A DNA stretch of 64,000 nucleotides from Candidatus Latescibacterota bacterium (GTDB lineage Bacteria; Latescibacterota; CBDEFO01): the NCBI GenBank assembly GCA_965237525.1, contig CBDEFO010000001.1, positions 59,570 through 123,569 on the forward strand, given 5' to 3'. This document shows positions 56,025 to 64,000 of this stretch, piece by piece (the first letter of the stretch is position 1; the number at the start of each line of letters is the position of its first letter). The notes under the pieces are model-generated. The model made no database searches, was not told where the DNA came from, and saw nothing but the letters and a program-made list of their open reading frames with translations. The position numbers and the translations under genes are program-made.

Positions 56025-56200
56025 CAAAGTCAGATATTGACAAGCTCCTTGCAGCAGGACTTAAGGAGTTCTCGCTGGCGATGATGTTTATCGTCTTTCT
56101 CCCCCGCCATTCGTCCTGTTCCACTACGATCTTTTCTATGTCGCTGATGTCAACAGGCATCTGTCGTCCCTCTGCTTTTGAAATAAGCCTATTTGATCAA
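56025..56200 (-). pseudogene. glyA: Duplicated 5' end of glyA (first ~45 codons plus upstream region)
   Basis: Diverged direct repeat of 52511..52684; ATG at 56160 reads MPVDISDIEKIVVEQDEWRGRKTINIIASENS. Confidence 0.88.
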
Positions 56201-56343
56201 TGGCAGCTTTCCCGTCGGCAGGATATACAACCCTGCTTGTCAACGCCACGCTCTCTTCTCTGCGGTCTGGCACTGTCAAATATAGCCGCAGAGATCGTTT
56301 TTATGCATCCTCCGCAGTGTTAGGTTTTCGTTTGGGAAATGCC

Positions 56344-57276
56344 TCAGCTTTGGGGAACAGGCCAGCCGAACCCTATCATGATCTCACGGAGTCTTCCCAT
56401 CTCATCGTCACTCAGAGGCATGGAGGGCGGTCGCGGGTCGCCCATCGGACGCCCCATGATCTTCATCATCGCCTTCTTTAGCCGGGACTGTCCACCTGAC
56501 TTGGTACAGCTCTGGGCGAAGTCACGCAACGTAGATTTCACCCTCTGATACATCGCACCCGCCTCGTCGTACTGCTTCGACTCCAGGAGTTCCCAGAGCT
56601 TCAGATCGTGCGGAGGATGGACATCAGCCGTCCAATCGATGTAGCCGCGACCTCCCAGCTTATGGTTGTCCACCGGCCGCCAGCTGTCGCAGATTATGTT
56701 ATAGTGGTCGGAGAACTTCGCCATGTCCTCGTAATTCATCGTCTCCGGAACTTCCCATTTCATTGCCACCAGGTTCTCAATATCCTTCATGCGCTGCAGT
56801 GTTTCTATGGTCACGCTCTCACATCCGTACCAGAAGGTGTTGTAGAGCATAATGCCGATGTCAATCGCATCTGAGATCGCAGCGTAGTGGCGGTACAGAT
56901 CGTCCTGAGTCGGATGATTGAATACCGGCAGTGGAACCTGCAATCCCATAGCTCCCATATCCTGCGCCCGCCTGGCATCTTCTATCGACCGCACTGTGTC
57001 CTTGTGCTGGGTGCCGCAGAGGACAGATACCTTGCCGTTGGCCGCGTTGACGACGGTTCGCAGCAAGTAAGGCCACTCATCGTCACGAAGCGACGGGCCC
57101 TCGCCCATAGCAGCCGCCACTTTGATAGCTGACTTACCCGCTACCAAGCCCTGCTCAACCCACCACTGGGTCATCTCGTACATCAGACCGTAGTCTATCT
57201 CGTATTGATCGTCGAAGGGGGTCGGAACGGTGGCAAGCGGCCCCTGGAAGTAGTATTTCATTTCCTCTCGTGTCAT
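56344..57276 (-). CDS. Dihydrodipicolinate synthase-family aldolase
   Basis: TPFD, AAMGEG, MLYNT, VAMKW Schiff-base Lys, GDPRPP. Confidence 0.85.
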   Translation of the reverse strand: MTREEMKYYFQGPLATVPTPFDDQYEIDYGLMYEMTQWWVEQGLVAGKSAIKVAAAMGEGPSLRDDEWPYLLRTVVNAANGKVSVLCGTQHKDTVRSIEDARRAQDMGAMGLQVPLPVFNHPTQDDLYRHYAAISDAIDIGIMLYNTFWYGCESVTIETLQRMKDIENLVAMKWEVPETMNYEDMAKFSDHYNIICDSWRPVDNHKLGGRGYIDWTADVHPPHDLKLWELLESKQYDEAGAMYQRVKSTLRDFAQSCTKSGGQSRLKKAMMKIMGRPMGDPRPPSMPLSDDEMGRLREIMIGFGWPVPQS

Positions 57277-57412
57277 GAAGTATCTCCTTATTTTGCCCGA
57301 TGTCTCGCGTCTTCAAGGTGATCCGCGCTCGTTTGAACAGCTACATCTTCATCAGATTCCAACACAGGGTCTTGTCGGATAACCAGTCTCCTTCCTTACG
57401 TCGCTACCGGGT

Positions 57413-59314
57413 TCACCGCATCAAGACCAGCTTCCTTGTCTGCACAAATCCATCTGTCTCTATTCGGTACAGATACAGGCCGCTCGCAAGGATCTTCCCA
57501 TTATCATCTTTACCATCCCAGACTACAGAGTAGGTACCGGGTGATCTGTTGCGATCCACCAATGTCGCAACCTTGTGACCCATTAAATTGAAAACAGATA
57601 GCTCAACATGGCTTGGAATAGGAAGGTCATAATGGATCACAGTCTGAGGATTGAACGGATTCGGGTAGTTCTGGAAGAGGGAGTAAATCTATGGAACACC
57701 TCGTGATGGTTCTTCATACTCAGTTACAGCAGTGATGATAGTGCGATTCAACAACACTGATACTTTACCGCCTCCAGCCACAGCTAAGTCGTTATCTCCA
57801 TCCCCATCTAAATCCGCACTGAATACTGAAGTACCTTCGGCGTTATAGTCCACCTTAGGTGCAAATGTTCCATCTCCATTATTCAACAACACTGATATAC
57901 TACTGATGTAGTCGGGCCACTCTCCCCCATTAGCCACAACCAGGTCATTATCTTTATCTCCATCTAAATCTGCACTGAAGACTGAGAAGGAACGCTCCCC
58001 AACAGCATAATCCACCTTCGGTGCAAATGTACCATCTCCATTATTCATCAACACTGATACACTGCCGCCGAAATTAGCCACAGCCAGATCATTATCTTTA
58101 TCTCCATCTAAATCCGCACTGAAGACTGACCAGGGACTATTCCCACTAAGATAGCCCACCTTAGGTGCAAATGTACCATCTCCATTATTCAACAACACCG
58201 ATATACTACTGATCTCACCAAATAAAGCAGAATTAGCCACAGCCAGGTCATTATCTCCATCACCATCTAAATCAGCACTGAAGACTGACCAAGGAAACTC
58301 CCCAGCCTCATAGTCCACCTTAGGTGCAAATGTCCCATCTCCATTATTTAACAACACTGATACAGTACCAGTTTGGTACAGTACTTTTGGTACAGTACTA
58401 TTGATGTATTTCCCTAAAAAGAAATCAATATGGATTACACTATTAGCCACAGCCAGGTCATTATCTCCATCTCCATCTAAATCTGCAATGGATACTAACT
58501 TGAGACCAAACCCAGTGTCATAGTCAGTCTTGAGTCCGAAAAGGGCTTCAACAAACTCAAATCCATTAAAAAGCGTGTCTGCCAGACCGTCGGGATTTGT
58601 TACTATCACATCCACACTACCGACAGGATGAGCAGGAGTCACAGCAGTAATGATATTAGTGGCCTCTACCACTAAATTTGTGGGTGCCATATCTCCGAAA
58701 GTAACAGTCGCCCCGCTCTGAAAATTGCTCCCTGTTATCCTCACACGGGTACCGCCCACTTCCACACCAGAAATGGGACTAATAGATGTCACAATAGGAG
58801 GAGGTGTCACACCACGGATAGAGAGATTCAACAACACTGACACACCGTCAACATTAGCCACAGCCAGGTCATTATCTCCATCACCATCTAAATCTGAACT
58901 GAATACTGAAACGGGACTATCCCCAGCAGGGTAGTCTACCTTAGCGGCAAATGTACCATCCCCATTATTCAGCAACACTGAGACAGTATTGCTTTTAGTA
59001 GCAACAGCCAGATCATTATCTCCATCCTCATCTAAATCTGCACTGAATATTGATTTAGGGTTACTCCCAGTACCATAGGTCACCTTGGCTGCAAATGTTC
59101 CATCTCCATTATTCATCAACACTGAGACAGTAGTGCTGCGGAAGTGCCCATTAGCCACAGTCAGGTCATTATCTCCATCCCCATCTAAATCCGCAGTGAA
59201 TACTGATGTGGATTCATTCCCAGTGGCATAGTCAGCCTTAGGCCCGAAAAGAGCCTGTGCGTAGGCAGGTGTATTCAAAGCGGCCAACAGCAGCAGAGCA
59301 GTATATACAATCAC
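57413..59314 (-). pseudogene. Secreted FG-GAP + IPT/TIG protein with FlgD/Por-type tail cut off by an in-frame TAG (57689-57691)
   Basis: Reads EPSRGVP*IYSLFQNYPNPFNPQTVIHYDLP...WDGKDD...RKLVLMR in one frame. Confidence 0.85.
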
Positions 59315-59337
59315 ATATCTAATTTTATTATCTCCTA

Positions 59338-60303
59338 TCAGGATTTAATTAAGGGCTGTTCAGGGAATCCGTCTTTTTTGTCCACCACGTTTATGAGCGG
59401 CTCTCCAGATAAGTATCTTTTCAGGTTCTCGCAGAAGAGATCCACAATCTTCTGGGGTCTTGAAGGAGCGTAGCCGGCAACGTGTGTGCTTATGATAACG
59501 TTTTCAAATGCCCAGAGTTCGCTGTCTTCTGGAAGCGGCTCCTCTTCGAAGACATCTAAACCCGCTCCTGCTATCTGCTTGTTCTTAAGAGCCTCTACCA
59601 AGGCCATTTTGTCTATCAGCTTTCCCCTTGCTACATTTATCAGATATGCTGTGGGCTTCATCTTTTTTAGCGCCTGACGATCTATTATATGATGTGTCCG
59701 ATCTGTATGAGGAACGGTCAAAACCACAAAATCGGACTGGGCCAGAAGATCATCCAGCCTTTCAAGTCCCCAAAGCTCATCTACAAAGTCAGGTTTACGT
59801 CTCTTTAATATATCCACAGCCAGGACTGTCATATCAAATGCGCGGGCCCTCCTTGCCACCTCCGTTCCTGCACCGCCAAGACCCAGGATTCCGACGGTCG
59901 CACCTTCTAATTGACTTACAGTCATATTTTGCCATTTTCTTTGCAGTTGGTTCCGTATGTACAGATTTAATCCCCTTGCGAGGCTGAGCATAAATGCGAA
60001 CGCGTGCTCGGATAGTTGAACTGCGTGAAGGCCGCTTCCGTTGGTGAAGATAATGTCGCTTTCAATTAGCTCAGGAGTAAGATATATTTCCAGACCAGCG
60101 CTTAAGGACTGTATCCACTTCAATTTCCCTGCTACTTTCAACTCTTCGGGAGAGACCGTAACGCCAAAGACAGCATCGGCGTCGGTTATCTGTATTTTTA
60201 TCTCCTCTTTATCGGTTGCGTGAAATATCTCCACGTCTCGGGATACAGAACTTAACTGATTGATGTGTTCTTTTGTGGCTTTCATAGTCACGAGAATCTT
60301 CAC
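59338..60303 (-). CDS. D-isomer-specific 2-hydroxyacid dehydrogenase
   Basis: GILGLGGAG, LINVARG, GAGLDVFEEEP, STHVAG. Confidence 0.92.
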   Translation of the reverse strand: MKILVTMKATKEHINQLSSVSRDVEIFHATDKEEIKIQITDADAVFGVTVSPEELKVAGKLKWIQSLSAGLEIYLTPELIESDIIFTNGSGLHAVQLSEHAFAFMLSLARGLNLYIRNQLQRKWQNMTVSQLEGATVGILGLGGAGTEVARRARAFDMTVLAVDILKRRKPDFVDELWGLERLDDLLAQSDFVVLTVPHTDRTHHIIDRQALKKMKPTAYLINVARGKLIDKMALVEALKNKQIAGAGLDVFEEEPLPEDSELWAFENVIISTHVAGYAPSRPQKIVDLFCENLKRYLSGEPLINVVDKKDGFPEQPLIKS

Positions 60304-60474
60304 TTGAATCCTCCTTCAGAATTTCTTTATAAAAATAGTCGTCAAGACTACAGGTTCTTGTGCCCTAATTTACTCTATTTGCCATACAATTGCAAGGATT
60401 AAATTCCCCCTTGACCCTTGAGTCTATTAGCTGAAACTTGCCCTTAAAATAAGTGATTATTTTCAATTTTTTCC

Positions 60475-60503
60475 TTGCAAAAATCGCCTATAATTGTTAT
60501 TAT
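60475..60503 (+). promoter_or_regulatory. Putative sigma70 promoter of dnaN
   Basis: TTGCAA-17 bp-TATTAT with extended TG. Confidence 0.45.
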
Positions 60504-60661
60504 ATATACACAGAACGACGTATACATTAGGACGTAAACGTTATGCTGTATATATTTTTCTATATACACAAAGTGCAGTATGTAGAGAGCTGTCGGGAAA
60601 CAGGACATCTTACTGCACTATGGCCTGAGCTCGCATAAATGTACAGCCCTGACGTGGGCTT

Positions 60662-61843
60662 ATGGAGGCGGACATGAAGGTAGTTATACAGAGGGATGAT
60701 CTCTACGATGCTGTGGAGAAAGTGTTAGACGCTGTTCCGACCAGGGCTGCCCTTCCTATACTCAGCAATATACTGCTTGAGGCTTCCGTGGAGGGGAAGC
60801 TTAAGCTCAGAGCCACTGATCTGGATATATCCATTTCTGCAACAGCCTCTGGGGAGGTATCAGAGGAGGGGGCTATTACCGTCACTGCGCGCAAGTTCGC
60901 CGAAATTGTCAGGGAACTTCCCAGGGTTCCGGTCTCTATCTCGGTTTCACAGGAAAAGATATCTATTTCGACTTCCAAGGCGGAGGATGGTGGACAGTCT
61001 GAGGGCGAATATAGTCTCTCTGGAATGCCTCCAGACGATTTTCCGGCTCTTCCCTCAGCGGAGGAGGGAGTCGTCTTGAACTTTAACGGTGCCGATAGCC
61101 CCGACGGCGCTGTCCTGAAGGAGATGATCTCCAAGACGTCCTATGCCGCCTCCAGCGACGAGGCAAGGCCTGTTTTGTGCGGGGTCTACTGGCATATCGG
61201 ACAGGATGGGATGATGATGGTGGCAACGGACGGAGCCAGGTTAGTGAAGATGACAAAGAAGGTGACATTTCCGTCCACAGGAGAAAATGGAAAGATAGAG
61301 GCCATCGTCCCACCCAAGGGATTGGATCGCCTGGGCAAGCTTTTGTCGGGCTCAGATGAGTTGAAATCTGTGACCATTGGCCAAAGGTACATAATATTCG
61401 ACCTGGGAAATACGATCGTTTCTTCAAGATTGATAGAGGGGCCCTACGTAGACTACGATCAGGTGATACCCAAGGAAAACCAGAAGAGGCTCGTAGTCTC
61501 CAACGGCGCGTTCTCCCCCGCAGTGCGAAGGGTCTCCATTCTGTCAAGCGCGCAGACGCATCAAATACGTATGTCGTTAAAAAAAGATGAGATAGAGCTT
61601 TCGGCAACAAGTCAGGAGCTGGGAGGCGAAGCCCGCGAGGCGATTCCGGCAAACTACACGGACGAAGATATGGAATTAGGATACAACGCCTCCTATCTGA
61701 TGGAGATACTCAGGAAGATAGATTCTGAAAATATAGTATTCGAGCTTGAAAGCCCCACAGAAGCCGGGGTAATAAAGCCGCTGGAACAGCCCGAGGACGA
61801 AGACTATCTGTGCCTAATTATGCCTCTCAGGATCACAAGTTGA
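60662..61843 (+). CDS. dnaN: DNA polymerase III beta sliding clamp
   Basis: LPILSNILL, ATDLD, RPVLCG, VATDG, SRLIEG, GYNASYL, LIMPLR. Confidence 0.97.
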   Translation: MEADMKVVIQRDDLYDAVEKVLDAVPTRAALPILSNILLEASVEGKLKLRATDLDISISATASGEVSEEGAITVTARKFAEIVRELPRVPVSISVSQEKISISTSKAEDGGQSEGEYSLSGMPPDDFPALPSAEEGVVLNFNGADSPDGAVLKEMISKTSYAASSDEARPVLCGVYWHIGQDGMMMVATDGARLVKMTKKVTFPSTGENGKIEAIVPPKGLDRLGKLLSGSDELKSVTIGQRYIIFDLGNTIVSSRLIEGPYVDYDQVIPKENQKRLVVSNGAFSPAVRRVSILSSAQTHQIRMSLKKDEIELSATSQELGGEAREAIPANYTDEDMELGYNASYLMEILRKIDSENIVFELESPTEAGVIKPLEQPEDEDYLCLIMPLRITS

Positions 61844-61933
61844 GAAGGGGTCCCTAAACCAGCAGACAGCATGCAGGGCATCCCTGCTCCTACCTGACAA
61901 CTTCTACTTGAGCAAGCAGGGGGAGATGCCCGA

Positions 61934-63029
61934 TTGTTCATAAGAGAACTCACGCTTAAAGATTTCAGGAATTTCCCCAATGTAAGGTTCAACTTTCCAG
62001 AATCTAAAACTATAGTAACTGGTGACAACGGTGCAGGGAAATCAAATCTTTTAGAAGCCCTCCACTTCCTCTCTCTGGGAAAGTCCTCAAAAGGTGCCAA
62101 GGATAAGGAGGTGGCAAAGGAGGGTAAAGATGAGTTTTCAATCGGTGCCCAAGTCGCCAGGGGTCCCTAACCAGTTTTCTTTAAGGATCTATTATCATCA
62201 GAATGTAGGAAAGAGAATCTATCTGGATCGTAATCCTCTCCCCCGTCTGTTGGACCTTGTCGGTTTTTTCAACTCGGTCCTGTTCTCCCCTGAAGATGTA
62301 GACCTCGTTTTAAGATTCCCCTCTCAAAGGAGAAGACTCCTGGACATTGTAGTCTCCCAGTCCAGTCCATCGTACCTCGCGGACCTGCAGGACTACCGCA
62401 GGATCCTGTCCCAGCGGAACAGGCTCCTTGGGTACGGAAAACTTAAAAATTCTCTGTTAGACGCGTGGGACGTTCAACTTGTAAGGGTAGGGAGCCGGAT
62501 CATTAAAAAGAGGATAGAAGCGATAGAACATATAAAGAGGGGCCTGTATAAGTTTTACGTCATGCTTTCAAATAAAAAAGAGAACATCACGGCGTCCTAC
62601 TCGGCCAGTGTGAAATTTGAAGATCTGCAGGAAATATCGGACTGCTTTATGGAGCAGTTGAAAAGCAAGCGAAAAAGGGAGATGGAATTGGGATACACGA
62701 TCCTGGGACCACACAGGGACAACGTGAAGATACTCATAGGAGAACGGGACATTCAACGGTACGGTTCGGGCGGACAGATGAAGAGTGCCCTTTTGGCGTG
62801 GAAGTTCGCTGAGACGGAGTTTGTTAAGGAGACAAGGAAAGAGGTGCCTGTTCTGCTCTTGGACGACGCCTTTTCTGAGTTAGACAGCAAAAGGGAAGAG
62901 AGGGTGTTGGAGATAATAGAGGGTTTCGACCAGGTCATCGTAACTTCGGCAAGGTGCCCCAACCTTTCGATGAAAGATAAAGGCTTTGCAGAGATGAGGA
63001 TAGAGGAGAAAAAGGATGAATATCCGTAG
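61934..63029 (+). CDS. recF: DNA replication/repair protein RecF; frameshift at ~62160 (GGGG run)
   Basis: FRN and GDNGAGKSNLLEA in the first frame; RRRLLD, GPHRD, GSGGQ and LLLDDAFSELD in the second. Confidence 0.92.
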
Positions 63030-63363
63030 CGAGCCTGATCGGAAGTCGAGCTATCCGAAGGATATAGGAGGAATAGTCCAGAGGGTGTTAGATGAGCTGG
63101 GGCTGACGAAAAAGTTCTATCAAGCAAGGGCCAAAGTCCTCTGGGACGACTCAGTGGGAGAGAGAATTTCCCAGATGACATCTGTGCTCAGTATGAGGGG
63201 AGGAACACTATTTGTGGCTGTAAAGACGGCCCCCTGGAAGCAGCAATTAACGCTCTTTAAGCCCGATTTGATAGCTAAATTAAACGAGAATGTGGGCAGA
63301 AACGTAGTCGAAGATATTTTCTTTGTGAACCGAGGACGAAAAGCAGTAGACAGCAAACAGTAG
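63016..63363 (+). CDS. dciA: DUF721/DciA-family protein
   Basis: LWDDSVG...GTLFVAV...WKQQL; canonical position between recF and gyrB. Confidence 0.8.
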   Translation: MNIRSEPDRKSSYPKDIGGIVQRVLDELGLTKKFYQARAKVLWDDSVGERISQMTSVLSMRGGTLFVAVKTAPWKQQLTLFKPDLIAKLNENVGRNVVEDIFFVNRGRKAVDSKQ

Positions 63364-63443
63364 ACAGGCCCCCGATAGGTTCAATCGGGGGTGAAGAGGC
63401 AGTGCTCTGTTTACTGTCTACTTGAGAAAAGGAGAAATGGAGT

Positions 63444-64000
63444 ATGGCTAAGGAGGCAGAACTTACTGGAAAACAGATAATGGGAATAACTGACGATTAC
63501 AGCGCTGAGCAGATTCAAGTTTTGAAGGGTCTGGAGGCGGTGCGCAAAAGGCCCGCTATGTACATCGGGGATACGGCTCTGCGCGGGCTCCATCACCTTG
63601 TTGATGAAGTGGTGGATAATAGCATAGATGAGGCGATGGCCGGATACTGCGACAAGATAGATGTGGCGATAAATCAGGACGGAAGTGTGGCAGTAGAGGA
63701 CAACGGCAGGGGGATACCGGTGGACATTCACGCCGGTGAGGGGAAAGCTGCGTTGGAGGTGGTTATGACCACGCTCCATGCTGGGGGCAAGTTCGACAAA
63801 AAGACCTATCGGGTTTCGGGAGGACTTCACGGCGTGGGTGTTTCGATAGTCAACGCCCTTTCAAAGTTGTGTGAGGTGGAAGTCTACAGAGATGGGAACA
63901 TCTACAGACAAAGATACGAAAGGGGAATACCTAAAACCAAAGTTGAGATAGTCGGAAAGAGTAAGAAATCTGGTACCAAGACGTCTTTTTGGCCTGACTC
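63444..64000 (+). CDS. gyrB: DNA gyrase subunit B (partial, runs off window)
   Basis: [56 protein letters not shown]. Absent from the ORF track because it has no stop in the window. Confidence 0.97.
   Translation, partial: MAKEAELTGKQIMGITDDYSAEQIQVLKGLEAVRKRPAMYIGDTALRGLHHLVDEVVDNSIDEAMAGYCDKIDVAINQDGSVAVEDNGRGIPVDIHAGEGKAALEVVMTTLHAGGKFDKKTYRVSGGLHGVGVSIVNALSKLCEVEVYRDGNIYRQRYERGIPKTKVEIVGKSKKSGTKTSFWPD

Noticed and set aside
56200..56340. ZTP or glycine riboswitch upstream of the glyA stub
   Set aside because: Only a simple hairpin (CTCTGCGG/CCGCAGAG); the conserved riboswitch motifs were not found.
62155..62170. Programmed frameshift or true pseudogenisation of recF
   Set aside because: It lies in a GGGG/CCC run like the breaks at ~497, ~23517 and ~44917; homopolymer sequencing error is more parsimonious. 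Needs read data.
63345..63422. Nested inverted repeat between dciA and gyrB as an ncRNA
   Set aside because: Built from AGTAGAC-like heptamers also seen at ~1655; more likely a short dispersed repeat or simple hairpin.

Overview
Bacterial chromosomal window, probably from an FCB-superphylum candidate lineage such as Latescibacterota. This is inferred from proteins with NYPNPFNP/FlgD-Ig C-terminal tails, EF-hand dockerin-like tails and many FG-GAP proteins. The right end holds core genes (dnaN-recF-dciA-gyrB with no dnaA in front, glyA, hpt). The rest is a decaying accessory region. It carries four near-identical copies of a 1302-bp IS481-like element, two IS1182 copies and one IS3 remnant, and a ~3500-aa IPT/ASH/cohesin/dockerin surface-protein gene split by three IS insertions. 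It also carries an ABC-ATPase + TOPRIM pair (candidate defence system), a six-gene PNPOx/PNPOx/GAF-kinase/AhpD/AhpD/kinase operon (candidate redox-sensing system), and integron-like cassettes with attC-type sites but no integrase. Further elements are a tRNA-Arg remnant next to an AT-rich radical-SAM islet, a GNAT/NSAR/M20 D-amino-acid conversion trio, and an islet bounded by a duplicated glyA 5' end. Several frameshifts lie in short homopolymers (including in recF) and may be sequencing errors. All calls come from reading motifs by eye; no database searches were run.
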